Positions 16,303-26,448 of a DNA stretch of 64,000 nt are shown here, in pieces. How positions within the stretch are numbered: the first letter of the stretch is position 1; every line of letters starts with the position of its first letter. A program made the translations under genes and the position numbers. The stretch is from a virus, in the IMG/VR virus record IMGVR_UViG_3300028045_000010, positions 8,060 through 72,059 of that record, one strand, 5' to 3'. The notes beneath the pieces are model-generated. The model had not been told where the DNA came from and made no database searches. It saw nothing but the letters and a program-made list of their open reading frames with translations.

Positions 16303-16310
16303 CAAATATA
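16303..16310 (-). promoter_or_regulatory. Bacteroidetes-type -7 promoter element (TATATTTG)
   Basis: caaatata on the + strand; similar motifs at ~5585, 16772 and 30983. Confidence 0.6.
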
Positions 16311-16380
16311 AAATTTTATTTTTAATATTCAATAATTATAACGTTTTATTTTTTGAAATGTTACAGTTTTTTAAAAAAAC

Positions 16381-16767
16381 TTATTCTATTGCTGAACTTT
16401 GTAATTTAGTTTCAGTTTTTTGTCCCAATTTATTTGGATAAGCCAATTCATCAAGAGATTTATGTGGGTCTAATATTCTTGCGTTACCATAATGAAGAGC
16501 TTCCATTGCCTCATGTCTTAAAATTAAATCTATTGCAAGCCATGCAGTCATTACTATAAACTTTTCTGTTGAACCATCAGGAACAAACCATTCTCTCCCA
16601 TACCCAGTTCCAACTACTCCAGTGTTTGTGTCTGGTCTTCTAAATGATAAAGCAAAAGTGTTTCCATATTTTCCCAAGCTTGTAACTCTCCAATTCCATC
16701 CCATATCTATACAGGATGGTGCCATTGAAATTTTTGATAATATCTTTTCTATATTTTCTTTTTTCAT
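16381..16767 (-). CDS. hypothetical phage protein
   Basis: ORF with its own TATATTTG promoter motif. Confidence 0.7.
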   Translation of the reverse strand: MKKENIEKILSKISMAPSCIDMGWNWRVTSLGKYGNTFALSFRRPDTNTGVVGTGYGREWFVPDGSTEKFIVMTAWLAIDLILRHEAMEALHYGNARILDPHKSLDELAYPNKLGQKTETKLQSSAIE

Positions 16768-16818
16768 AATGCAAATATAATAAAAATTTGAATATTTATT
16801 AGAATAAACATATTTTTA

Positions 16819-17301
16819 ATGAATAAAAGAGATTTAATACATCTAGTTAAAGAAATTATACAAGAGGCCTATGGTAATGTTGAAGAAGCTGGCGGGAGTC
16901 ATTCTGATGCCAAAGATATGAGAAAAGCTGTTAAGTGGATTGAAAACAACTTAGAAGGAATTAGAATAGAAGACGTTAAGGATGGCCAAAAAATATGCCC
17001 ACCAAAAGAAAGGTCTTCAGAATGTTATACAATACACAAGGGAGGTAAGGGAAGATTTGATTTGTATAGATTTTTATCAAAAGCATATGAAGTAAGTAAG
17101 CATGAAATAGAGAATGCTATAAGTTCAAATAGACCTCTTAATTTATTGGGTATAAGTTTGCCTAAAATAAAATTAGGAAAAAAAATATGGATTATAGATG
17201 CAGAAAATGAAGAGATAATTCTTGATAGAAATAAAAAAAATAGAATGTCATTTTATGATTTAGATGACAAGGTGTTGGATGATATTATTGAATTAATATA
17301 A
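16819..17301 (+). CDS. hypothetical protein with L..LVKEIIQE leader
   Basis: TATTTAT upstream. Confidence 0.65.
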   Translation: MNKRDLIHLVKEIIQEAYGNVEEAGGSHSDAKDMRKAVKWIENNLEGIRIEDVKDGQKICPPKERSSECYTIHKGGKGRFDLYRFLSKAYEVSKHEIENAISSNRPLNLLGISLPKIKLGKKIWIIDAENEEIILDRNKKNRMSFYDLDDKVLDDIIELI

Positions 17302-17357
17302 ACTAACATTAACATCAAATAGGCACACTTAAATGTTGATAGATTTGAGCGGACTTA

Positions 17358-19253
17358 TTAGTTATATAACAAATTCACCAAGTTACTAAATATATTTCCG
17401 TCTTTAACTTCAACATGTTGTTCAAATTCTTTTCCATCTAAAACTTTAGAAAGTATAGATGATTTTTGATTTAAAAGATTATCTATATCTTCATCAATGG
17501 TATCTTGACATATTAATCTTATTATTTGAATTTTATCTGAAGCTGAAGATGCTCTATGTATTCTATCTTCCGCCTGCTCTCTGTCAGCTGAAGTCCAAGG
17601 TTGGTCTATAAATATAGCTATACTAGCAGAAGTTAGCGTAATACCAACTCCAGCAGCTCCTATAGTTCCAGAAAAAACTTTTATTTTTTCATTATCCATA
17701 AAATCTTCAACAGCTTTGTTTTTTTGTTCTATATTTTTATCTCCATTAAAAATAACTGAAACGTCTTTAAACTGTTCTGCGATATCATATGAAACTTTTT
17801 TATATTGACTAAAAACAACGACCTTTTCACCTCCATCAACTATGTCTTTTATAAAATCAAATGCTCTTTTCATTTTTAGTTCAGAAGTAAATTGTTTAAG
17901 CTTTTGTATTCTAGTTAAATGATTCATTCTATTATCTGAATCCAATTCATCTTTACTTCTATCTTCTTTGATTCCTTTTTTTATTTTATTATACTCTCTC
18001 ACTTCTATGTCTGAAAGTTCTATCGGAATAGATGTGTATGTTTTTGGTGGCAACTGTTTTAATATGTCTTTTTTTAACCTCCTTAAGAAGAATGGTGAGA
18101 TTTTTTCAAATAACTCATCTAAATTAGAGGCTCCACTATAATCCCATCCAAAATTATTTTTTTCTGCTGCACAATATTTTACTCCAAAAGAATGTTGATT
18201 AGTCCACTCTTCTGGGTACATGAAGTTTAATAAAGAAAAAAATTCATATGGTCTACTTTTTATAGCAGTACCAGTCAACAGAAGTCTTTGTGGTATATTT
18301 TTTAATACTTTTTTTACTATTTTTGTTCTATCTGCAGAGTTATTTTTTATATAATGAGCTTCATCCATTATTAATATCTCATAATCTTCTGGGATTAATT
18401 TGGTTCCTAATTTATCTTCTGTAAAAACAATATCTTTAGTTACTCTAGAATTTACTACAGCTCTTACTCCGCAATTAGGACAAACTTTATTTTTATATCT
18501 TTTTTTGTCATTTTTCTCTTTCCATCCACAAAAAACATTTTTACAAGTATGTGACATAATTAGTTTTATATATGAATCTAAAGAACTGTAGCTTATAATA
18601 TGAAACAGAGACTCTTCTTTGCTGTAATTAACCTTACCAGACTTTTTAGTTGGCTTCCACTTGTATACAAAAGCTTTTTCGTTTGTAAATTTTAATATTT
18701 CACTTCTCCAATTCAGCCTTAAGTTGGCTGGGCATATTATTATAGTTTTTTTATTTTTCCAACAAGAATAAGTCATTGCTGCTGCCGTTTTCCCTACTCC
18801 TGGCTGGTCTCCTAGCAAAGCTCTTCCTCCACAAGCATCAAAGAATATAGCGGCTTGCTTTTGATATTCGTAAGGCTCCTTTTTCATAAAAGAAAAATCT
18901 ACATGAGAGGTTTTTATGTTTTTAGACTTTAAATAAAGAGATTCAACAAGCCTTTGTTGCCTTTCTGTAAACTCTCTCTTAAGCTCTTCGACTTCTTCGT
19001 CTGATAAGTTGGTAAAACTAAATGGAATTCCATTATCTTTTATGAAAGATATTACTTTACCTATATAGTTTTTAGAAACTAGTCTATACCAGTCTTCATA
19101 TGAAGATTCGTCTGGATTTTGTATACGGTCTACCTTGACTTGCCTTTGCTCTTCGGGAAATCCTTTTATAAAATCACTTAATTTTTTTCTGTAATTATAT
19201 TTTATTTTATAATTACTCTTCAACTTTGTGATTATAACCTTGTTGTTTGACAT
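17358..19253 (-). CDS. SNF2/HARP-like SF2 helicase/ATPase with Zn-ribbon insertion
   Basis: GDQPGVGKT, DEAH, LTGT, GVGITLT, QAEDRIHR; CKNVFC...CPNC insertion. Confidence 0.9.
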   Translation of the reverse strand: MSNNKVIITKLKSNYKIKYNYRKKLSDFIKGFPEEQRQVKVDRIQNPDESSYEDWYRLVSKNYIGKVISFIKDNGIPFSFTNLSDEEVEELKREFTERQQRLVESLYLKSKNIKTSHVDFSFMKKEPYEYQKQAAIFFDACGGRALLGDQPGVGKTAAAMTYSCWKNKKTIIICPANLRLNWRSEILKFTNEKAFVYKWKPTKKSGKVNYSKEESLFHIISYSSLDSYIKLIMSHTCKNVFCGWKEKNDKKRYKNKVCPNCGVRAVVNSRVTKDIVFTEDKLGTKLIPEDYEILIMDEAHYIKNNSADRTKIVKKVLKNIPQRLLLTGTAIKSRPYEFFSLLNFMYPEEWTNQHSFGVKYCAAEKNNFGWDYSGASNLDELFEKISPFFLRRLKKDILKQLPPKTYTSIPIELSDIEVREYNKIKKGIKEDRSKDELDSDNRMNHLTRIQKLKQFTSELKMKRAFDFIKDIVDGGEKVVVFSQYKKVSYDIAEQFKDVSVIFNGDKNIEQKNKAVEDFMDNEKIKVFSGTIGAAGVGITLTSASIAIFIDQPWTSADREQAEDRIHRASSASDKIQIIRLICQDTIDEDIDNLLNQKSSILSKVLDGKEFEQHVEVKDGNIFSNLVNLLYN

Positions 19254-19315
19254 AATAATTGCAATTTAAGTTAAAAAAATAAAAAAAGCTAATATTTATT
19301 ATAAAATGTTTCAAA

Positions 19316-19744
19316 ATGAAAGTAACTAAATCTCAACTTAAAAATCTTATAAAAGAATCTATAAAGACTCACATTAAAAAAGAGGGCTTAAAAAATAGAC
19401 TAAATACCATTAGCGAAGAGTTAAATAAGTTAAATGAAGATGAAGAGATGGAAGTTATGACACCAGAAGTTTCAGAATCTTCAGAAACTATTTTTGATGC
19501 CAAACCTGGTGAGATATTAATATTAAACTTTGAAGGAAGAACTTTGAAGCTTAGAAGAGTTTGGGATGCTTTATTTCTTGTTACGGATGGATTTGAAAGT
19601 ACTCATTTAAATACTGGTGACTATGTAGAGTTGCAGGGAAATCCAGACTTAACACATGGTAGAGAATATACTTTTAAAGTTTACAAACCAACAAGAGACG
19701 TTGAAAGTAGTGCTTTACAGAGTTGGAAAATAGCTAAGAATTAG
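19316..19744 (+). CDS. hypothetical protein with MKVTKSQLKNLIKES leader
   Basis: Leader family member; TATTTAT upstream. Confidence 0.65.
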   Translation: MKVTKSQLKNLIKESIKTHIKKEGLKNRLNTISEELNKLNEDEEMEVMTPEVSESSETIFDAKPGEILILNFEGRTLKLRRVWDALFLVTDGFESTHLNTGDYVELQGNPDLTHGREYTFKVYKPTRDVESSALQSWKIAKN

Positions 19745-19815
19745 TATTGTTTTTCTACAATTACAGTCCTATATAGGTAAAATAAAGAGCAATAACCTAT
19801 TGTTTATTGCTTATA

Positions 19816-20382
19816 TTAACTTAAACCAGCTAATTTCTTCATTCTTTCACTGCTTTCTTTTATGATTTTTTCTCTTCCTGATTTTATTATAGATTCAGAT
19901 ATTGGACCCTCTTCCTCTTCGGTACCTCCTTCTATCTCTTCTTCAGCATCTCCTAATTCACCAGTCTCATTAGAAACAAGTTCTTCGCCTCCTAATTCTG
20001 AACTTCCATCTTCATCTGCTGTGATGTATTTATTTAAATTTTCATACCAAATATTATAAACATTATTTATCATATTTATAATATTTTGATTTTCATCATT
20101 TACTTGAAATATAGATTCCAAAACTTTAAATCCATTAATTAAAGAAAATGACCACTTAACAAAATAATCTTTTTCTAAAACAACCTGACCTGACCAAAAA
20201 GCATCTTTAACAGGGTTGTCCCACGCTTTAAATGTTTCTTCACCATTTTCATCCTTGTCAAAAATAACGGTATATTTTCCTATTTTTTCTTCGAATTGTT
20301 TTTTTAATTCATTTATTTCCGCTTGTGTTATCTGTGCTGCCATTTTATTTAAATTTTGATTTTGTTCCAAACAATATTTCAT
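19816..20382 (-). CDS. hypothetical protein ending RMKKLAGLS (probable start MAAQ, ~20343)
   Basis: Acidic linker plus RxxxLAG motif. Confidence 0.65.
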   Translation of the reverse strand: MKYCLEQNQNLNKMAAQITQAEINELKKQFEEKIGKYTVIFDKDENGEETFKAWDNPVKDAFWSGQVVLEKDYFVKWSFSLINGFKVLESIFQVNDENQNIINMINNVYNIWYENLNKYITADEDGSSELGGEELVSNETGELGDAEEEIEGGTEEEEGPISESIIKSGREKIIKESSERMKKLAGLS

Positions 20383-20554
20383 CTAACTCATCTTCTGATA
20401 GGCCACTTTGTCTCATAGGCTTTTCTGATAAGCTCTTTTGTTTAATAGGCTTTTCATCTTCTTTAGCTTTTTCTTCTAACTCTTTTAAGGGTTCATTTGA
20501 AAATACTTTTGAAACTTCAATGTCTATTAATTTTTCTAAATCTGTTTTATTCAT
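20345..20554 (-). CDS. small hypothetical protein
   Basis: Operon packing; DLEKLIDIEV leader. Confidence 0.55.
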   Translation of the reverse strand: MNKTDLEKLIDIEVSKVFSNEPLKELEEKAKEDEKPIKQKSLSEKPMRQSGLSEDELDEILFGTKSKFK

Positions 20555-20555
20555 C

Positions 20556-20795
20556 TTAAATATTATTTACCCAAAAACTTTTTTTCTCCCAAAAAAACTT
20601 ATATTGCTTAATCATCATATCTCTTACAATATCTCTAACATCATCTTTATCTAGTGTTTTTTTCATAGCTTTTTCTATCTCATCTTTAACTATTTTTTTC
20701 ACCTGAGTTTTAGTTAGTTCCTTTCCAGAAGATTCTGATATAACAATAAATTCTTTCATATATAATAAATATGAAATAAAAAAAAGAAGTAACAA
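20556..20795 (-). CDS. small hypothetical protein (probable start MKEF, ~20759)
   Basis: VKKIVKDEI...YKFFWEKKSFW. Confidence 0.55.
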   Translation of the reverse strand: MLLLFFISYLLYMKEFIVISESSGKELTKTQVKKIVKDEIEKAMKKTLDKDDVRDIVRDMMIKQYKFFWEKKSFWVNNI

Positions 20796-22007
20796 TTAAA
20801 GGTTAATTAGCATTTCCACTAACATAGGACAGGGATACATATCAAATTTGTCTTTTCTTACACTTGTATGAGAGTATAATCCTTTTATTTTGCCATAATA
20901 AGCGTCTTCATTAAAGTCGAAAGCATCTTTAGGGCTCATTCCATCTTTTAATAGTTTTGGAATACCTGCAGTCATATCTATTTTTGGATATATTTTTGCA
21001 ACATGCTTTATTAGCAATCTTAAAGACTCTATTTGCTCTGGAGTGTATGCGTGCCAATATTGATGCCCTCTAAATTCATAACCTAAATCACAAACCATAT
21101 TTTCTGGGACTTCGCTATTAACATAAGTATAATATTTACCATTTTTCTTAGTTACATACCCAAAATTATTAACCTCTACAGCCGAAGAGTATTTAGACAT
21201 ATTAAAATTACCAACTTTACCTAGATGCCAACCGATATAATTATCAGGAAAGCACTCCACAACTTGTCCATTGTACTTGTCATCACCGTAACTTCCTATT
21301 TTAATACTTGTGCCACCAATACAATATTGTGTCGCTACACGCCCTCTATCATCCTTATTCCAACTGTTAATGGTATTATAAGGGTTATTCCACCCAGCAG
21401 TATGGTGAATAAAGAAATTCTCTGGTTGTATCTCTCCATAATCTTTAACATATTCATCTCCATCTAAATAAGCTCTATCTATTTCTAGCCCATCTTCTGT
21501 GGTATAAGAACCTAAATAATTTAACTTATCATCCCTATCGTCAGAATCGTCAAATCCAGTTCTATCTGTATCTATATCTTCATCATTATCAAAATCAATA
21601 CCCATAGTCTCATTTACCAATGTTTCATATGTTTTTGACCCTACAATACCATCTGATACCAATCCTTTATCTGACTGAAATTTCTTTACTGATGATTCTG
21701 TGCCAGAACCGAATATTCCATCATCATTAATTCCTAACATTTGTTGCACTTCCTTAACTTGTGAACCACTATCTCCTTTTTTTAACATAATATTATATTT
21801 TACACCGTCTATTAAATAGCTGTAAGTTGTATCTCCAACTAAGCCGTCTACTGTTGTTTTTTTTGCTGATTGGAAATTCTTAACTGCTGTTTCAGTTATG
21901 TCTCCAAAGTAATCTGTAATCGTGTGATATGTCCAAAAGCCATTACTATCTAATAGTGACTGTAACTCTTTTACATCTGAACCGCTATCTCCATTTTTTA
22001 GTAACAC
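20796..22007 (-). CDS. endolysin: two peptidoglycan-binding domains + Amidase_2-type N-acetylmuramoyl-L-alanine amidase
   Basis: LKxGDSGSxVKELQ...DGLVG twice; IHHTAG, AVEVNN, HTSVRKDK. Confidence 0.85.
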   Translation of the reverse strand: MLLKNGDSGSDVKELQSLLDSNGFWTYHTITDYFGDITETAVKNFQSAKKTTVDGLVGDTTYSYLIDGVKYNIMLKKGDSGSQVKEVQQMLGINDDGIFGSGTESSVKKFQSDKGLVSDGIVGSKTYETLVNETMGIDFDNDEDIDTDRTGFDDSDDRDDKLNYLGSYTTEDGLEIDRAYLDGDEYVKDYGEIQPENFFIHHTAGWNNPYNTINSWNKDDRGRVATQYCIGGTSIKIGSYGDDKYNGQVVECFPDNYIGWHLGKVGNFNMSKYSSAVEVNNFGYVTKKNGKYYTYVNSEVPENMVCDLGYEFRGHQYWHAYTPEQIESLRLLIKHVAKIYPKIDMTAGIPKLLKDGMSPKDAFDFNEDAYYGKIKGLYSHTSVRKDKFDMYPCPMLVEMLINL

Positions 22008-22008
22008 T

Positions 22009-22434
22009 TTATCTTAAGTTTTTATTTATTTTATTAATACCAGCCATTCCTTTTAATTTATCTTTATATCCTTCAAAAATTTTACCATCAGAAATCATTG
22101 ATGAATCACACTTAACAATAAATTCAGATAATTCTTTTGTAAAATCTTCTAAATTATTTTTTTTGAAATCTTCAATAAAATCATAGTTATTTACTCCACT
22201 AGAAAGCTCGTTAATGAATGTGCTTGTTTTACAGTCATTTGTAGCGTAAAAAGAAGCTTCATTTAATGTGTTTTCTTTATTTTTAATAAAAGTAAAATTA
22301 ATTCTACTTTCATTTAAGTGGCCTGTTAATATGTATTTATCGTTAGAAAAACTGTCTTTATATGACATCTCAACAGTAATAAATGGCTTATCTTTTACTA
22401 TTTCAGTCTTTATGTTGTATTTAGATTTTCTCAT
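22009..22434 (-). CDS. hypothetical protein with YKDKLKGMAGI motif
   Basis: Operon packing. Confidence 0.6.
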   Translation of the reverse strand: MRKSKYNIKTEIVKDKPFITVEMSYKDSFSNDKYILTGHLNESRINFTFIKNKENTLNEASFYATNDCKTSTFINELSSGVNNYDFIEDFKKNNLEDFTKELSEFIVKCDSSMISDGKIFEGYKDKLKGMAGINKINKNLR

Positions 22435-23129
22435 TATTTATCTAATGTTAATTTGTAAATTTTTCCACCTATCTTCACTTTATTTTTTGCTACTATTTCA
22501 GCTTTTTTAACATTTTTACTTTCTACTATTAATCCTCCACTTGATTTTGACATTTCTAATAAAACAGATTTTATCATTTTTTTAGAAATGGATTTTGATA
22601 TATTTGTTATTTTTTCATTCAATTCAGCTTCAGTCAAATTAATACTAACAACTTTTTCATTATTAAGACTAACATCTTGAGACTCTTCTTGCTTTTGTTT
22701 AAGTCTAGCTTGTAATATAGATTTTGTATCAAGATTTGACGGTCCAAAATTCTCAATTTCAGAACTTTGTGAATAATTACTAGCTTTAATAGAATCTCCA
22801 TACATAATGTCGTCAATCATAGATGCTTCAGAATTAGATTTTGGGGCAAAAGAATTTAACTTAGGTGCATTTTTAGATTTTTCATTAGGACTTTTACCAA
22901 CTTTAGGTACAGGTATTGCAACTGGTCCTGTTGATGTTTTTTCAGATTTTTCTATAAATTTTGCAAAACTATTCTTTAATCCACCATTTCTTATTTCATC
23001 AATTCTACTGCTCTTTTCTGGGTCATTTGATTTAGATTTTGGATTTACTATAGGCTTCATTGGAACTGGTATTCCCATACCTTTAAATCTGTCCAACATT
23101 TCTTTTTTACTATTTCCTTTTTCACTCAT
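22434..23129 (-). CDS. hypothetical protein
   Basis: 231-aa ORF in an operon. Confidence 0.65.
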   Translation of the reverse strand: MSEKGNSKKEMLDRFKGMGIPVPMKPIVNPKSKSNDPEKSSRIDEIRNGGLKNSFAKFIEKSEKTSTGPVAIPVPKVGKSPNEKSKNAPKLNSFAPKSNSEASMIDDIMYGDSIKASNYSQSSEIENFGPSNLDTKSILQARLKQKQEESQDVSLNNEKVVSINLTEAELNEKITNISKSISKKMIKSVLLEMSKSSGGLIVESKNVKKAEIVAKNKVKIGGKIYKLTLDK

Positions 23130-23141
23130 AACAATTATTTT

Positions 23142-23582
23142 TTAATATAAATCTTCTTCTGTATTTATATTTTCAATTTCTTCTTTAATAATAATTTCAC
23201 CTTCTCCCCCACTTTCACTCTCGCCCTCAAAAACGCTCTCTTCTAGATTGTCATTTTCATTAGTTATTAAAGTAACATCCTTAACTATCCAACCATAAAT
23301 AGTCTCAATCTTATTATTATTGATTAAGTTTTCAAATATTTCTATTTCCGAATCATACATATAAGCTTTTAGGGTTAATATAGGTCCCATTCTTCCATAT
23401 TTTCTAAATTTTATTTTTTTATTAATATTGTCAAACATTATATTTTTAAATTCTATATAACTCTGTTGCTCAAGTTCTTGATATGTTATATTGTACCCAT
23501 AAAATTCTTCAAATTCATTTGAGGAACCTTTATAAGCAAGGTCTATTAATATTTTTTTTGTATTTTTTCTATCTGGTTTCAT
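23142..23582 (-). CDS. hypothetical protein
   Basis: ORF in an operon. Confidence 0.6.
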   Translation of the reverse strand: MKPDRKNTKKILIDLAYKGSSNEFEEFYGYNITYQELEQQSYIEFKNIMFDNINKKIKFRKYGRMGPILTLKAYMYDSEIEIFENLINNNKIETIYGWIVKDVTLITNENDNLEESVFEGESESGGEGEIIIKEEIENINTEEDLY

Positions 23583-23859
23583 ATAATAATATTTCTACTT
23601 TTTCATTTTCCACATCCCACCAAGCGTAAAATTTTGGATATATATTTTTTTCATTTATAAAAAATGCACTTATTTCCTTTTCTATTTTTATTTTTTCAAA
23701 TCTTTTTTCTAAACTTTTCTTTTCATTTAATATAAAAATATCTTTTGTTTCAATTTCTTCCAATTCTTTTTTAGAATTAAAAAACTCTTTCTTTAAATCC
23801 TTTTTTATATTATAAGAAAATTCTTTTTGATTTTTTATTATTTCAACTCTAGAGTGCAT
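23569..23859 (-). CDS. hypothetical protein
   Basis: First gene after a TTTACT...TAAATT promoter-like element. Confidence 0.6.
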   Translation of the reverse strand: MHSRVEIIKNQKEFSYNIKKDLKKEFFNSKKELEEIETKDIFILNEKKSLEKRFEKIKIEKEISAFFINEKNIYPKFYAWWDVENEKVEILLYETR

Positions 23860-23935
23860 TTGTATTACAATTTAATTTAATAATGATAAAAGTAAAGTTT
23901 ATTAATATTTATATTAAACATATAAATTAAATAGT

Positions 23936-24328
23936 TTGAATTTATCTGAAACATACAAAGTTAGACTTAAGGGATTGGCTGGTATTTTAGAAGAAAAAAA
24001 ATCTAAAATAGAATACGAATATCAAGTCAGAGATATTGGTGGCGATGTTTATTATAAAAGAAAAAACAACTCTAAAGAATGGGAATTTACAAATGAGTTA
24101 GATTTTTTTAAAAACTCTAAAAAATCAAATGTTGTAAAATGGGAAAAATTAAAAGATAAAAATGCACCAAAAATAAGGCAAATAGAGGTGGAACAAGATT
24201 TAAATTATAAAAAATATCCATTAGAAACTTATAAGAGATATTTAGAAAATATATGTCCTTCTAACTTTAATATAGAAATAAAAGATGGTTACATTAAAAT
24301 TTTTGACAAAATAAATGAAAGAAATTAG
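23936..24328 (+). CDS. hypothetical protein with LSETYKVRLKGLAGI leader
   Basis: Leader shared with 25813. Confidence 0.65.
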   Translation: MNLSETYKVRLKGLAGILEEKKSKIEYEYQVRDIGGDVYYKRKNNSKEWEFTNELDFFKNSKKSNVVKWEKLKDKNAPKIRQIEVEQDLNYKKYPLETYKRYLENICPSNFNIEIKDGYIKIFDKINERN

Positions 24329-24626
24329 AAAAATAATAAGAGAAGTATTGAGTGAAGTTTTCATTAAGGAAAATGTTGGCCCTGGACTAGGTGGCTCAGC
24401 TAAGGCTTCAACTATATATACAGATATATTTGATAGATTATTCCAAAACCCAGACTTTAATAAAGAGTATGACCCAGATAATGGAGTCTTTTGGTTTGAT
24501 GATGATTATGAAAATAATGTTGGAAATATATTAACTCCTAGTAATATAACGAAAAAATCAAAAGGTTATAGAAAAATGAAAAAGTTGCAAAATTGGAAAA
24601 ACTTTAAAGGAAACGCAAGACTATAA
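24315..24626 (+). CDS. hypothetical protein with EIRKIIREVLSE leader
   Basis: Leader family member. Confidence 0.6.
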   Translation: MKEIRKIIREVLSEVFIKENVGPGLGGSAKASTIYTDIFDRLFQNPDFNKEYDPDNGVFWFDDDYENNVGNILTPSNITKKSKGYRKMKKLQNWKNFKGNARL

Positions 24627-24662
24627 GTATATTATTAAACTATTTATATTAAAATTTATATT

Positions 24663-25283
24663 TTGAAAAACTTTATTAAAAAAATACTTTTATCTGAGCT
24701 TTATGAAACTGGCATAATGAAAAAGTCTAACACTTTAATTAGTGATAACTTAAAATATCATTTAGACAACAAAATAAGTATATGTAATAGCGTTTTTAGA
24801 TATTCTTCAAAAAGTCATTTAGATATAATTAATGAAGTAAGAGATTTATTTAATAAAGAACTTATTTATTTATGCAAAAATGATGAAGAGATAATCAATT
24901 CTGATGCTGGTCAATTTGGTATATATGAAAATAAAACAGTTTTTTTAGAACTACCATTCCCAGAGTTTGAAGAAAGTATTAATGAAGCAAAGTATAAGGG
25001 TAAAGACGTAAAGTTAGGAAAGCCAAAAAGAGGAGGTTCTAAAAAGTTTTATGTTTATGTTAAAAACCCTAAAACAAAAAAAGTAATTAAAGTTTCTTTT
25101 GGAGCTAAAGATGGAGGTGGTAATCTGGCCGTGAAACTTAAAGACCCAAAGGCAAGAAAAAGGTTTGCTGATAGACATAAGTGTGAAACTAAAAACGACA
25201 AAACAACACCAGGGTACTGGTCTTGTAGGTTGCCAAGATATGCAAAAATGCTAGGCTTAAGTGGTGGTGGAAAATGGTGGTAA
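24663..25283 (+). CDS. conserved phage protein with basic C-terminal domain (EAKYKGKDVKL...VSFG...YWSC)
   Basis: Basic domain of a type seen in T4-like phages; function unknown. Confidence 0.6.
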   Translation: MKNFIKKILLSELYETGIMKKSNTLISDNLKYHLDNKISICNSVFRYSSKSHLDIINEVRDLFNKELIYLCKNDEEIINSDAGQFGIYENKTVFLELPFPEFEESINEAKYKGKDVKLGKPKRGGSKKFYVYVKNPKTKKVIKVSFGAKDGGGNLAVKLKDPKARKRFADRHKCETKNDKTTPGYWSCRLPRYAKMLGLSGGGKWW

Positions 25284-25813
25284 AAAAAATGAATATTAAT
25301 AAAGAAATAAAGTGTCCTAATTGTAGTTGGGAGTGGAATTTAGAAGTTGATGATAAAAATCCACACCTATGTCACAAATGTGGTTATGATTCAATTTTGA
25401 AGGATTTTGATATGCTTTCCTTAAAAAAATGGCAAGAAAAAAATGACCACCCCTTTGATGAGCACATTAAGGAAGGCTTACATATTAGGACGTTTCGTGA
25501 AGATGTTAATAAAGAAGAGCTAGTTTGGCATAGAGACAGAGAGGATAGAATAGTTTTTCCAATAAACGAAACTGATTGGAAGATTCAATTTGACAATCAA
25601 ATCCCAATTAATATAGAGCCAAAAAACCCTATATTCATAGAGTCAGGAAAATATCATAGATTAATTAAAGGAACAAAAGATTTAAATTTTAAAATTTATA
25701 AAACGAATTTTGATGATAAGTCTAACATGAAGAATACAATATACGAAACCTTTAAGGTTTTTTTAGAGAATGATTTTTTTCTAATTGATAATAAAAAAAA
25801 TAATAAAAAATAA
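25274..25813 (+). CDS. Zn-ribbon + cupin-like protein
   Basis: CPNC...CHKC; WHRDREDR...YHRLIKG. Confidence 0.55.
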   Translation: MVVKKMNINKEIKCPNCSWEWNLEVDDKNPHLCHKCGYDSILKDFDMLSLKKWQEKNDHPFDEHIKEGLHIRTFREDVNKEELVWHRDREDRIVFPINETDWKIQFDNQIPINIEPKNPIFIESGKYHRLIKGTKDLNFKIYKTNFDDKSNMKNTIYETFKVFLENDFFLIDNKKNNKK

Positions 25814-26448
25814 TGTTAATTTCAGAGTCATATAAAAATAGACTTAAAGAATTAGCTGGACTGATTTCTGAAGAAGTTGATGTAAATAGCGCACTTGCTC
25901 TTAGTGACTCTAGAACTGCTTTTAATTTAGATTTAATGACTCAAGCTATAGAAGAGGGTAGAGAAGTTGGAATTTTATATAAAGGAGACGAGATGAGAGC
26001 TCCTTCTGGTAAGTATAGATTAATTTATCCTGTTGCCATGGGAGTTTCAAAGGCTGGGAATAGGGTCATTAGAGCTATACATAAGCATGGTCAATCTGAA
26101 TCTAAGGCAAAGGAAACTGGCATTCGTAGTTCAGAAGCCAAAAACGTTTGGAGATTATTTAAAACAAGTAACATTAAAGGCATGTGGTTGACTGGGAACT
26201 TTTTTCAAGGCCCAATAAATGGCTATAACCCTAATGATAAAGGTATGCTTACTGTTGAAATTTCTACGGATTTATCAAAAGTAAAAACATTCCAGGAAGA
26301 ATTGTTTAAAAAACAAAAAGAAGAAGGTGAGCAGCAGTCAAAATTAAAAAGATTTAAAGACACAGGAGAAAGACCTTTGGAGCAACCCATTAATAATCCA
26401 GAAACTAGAATTGGTTCAGATTTAGAAAATAATAACGAAGAACTTTAA
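25813..26448 (+). CDS. WYL-like domain protein with RLKELAGL leader
   Basis: ILYKG...RLIYPVAMG...RA...WRLFK. Confidence 0.5.
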   Translation: MLISESYKNRLKELAGLISEEVDVNSALALSDSRTAFNLDLMTQAIEEGREVGILYKGDEMRAPSGKYRLIYPVAMGVSKAGNRVIRAIHKHGQSESKAKETGIRSSEAKNVWRLFKTSNIKGMWLTGNFFQGPINGYNPNDKGMLTVEISTDLSKVKTFQEELFKKQKEEGEQQSKLKRFKDTGERPLEQPINNPETRIGSDLENNNEEL

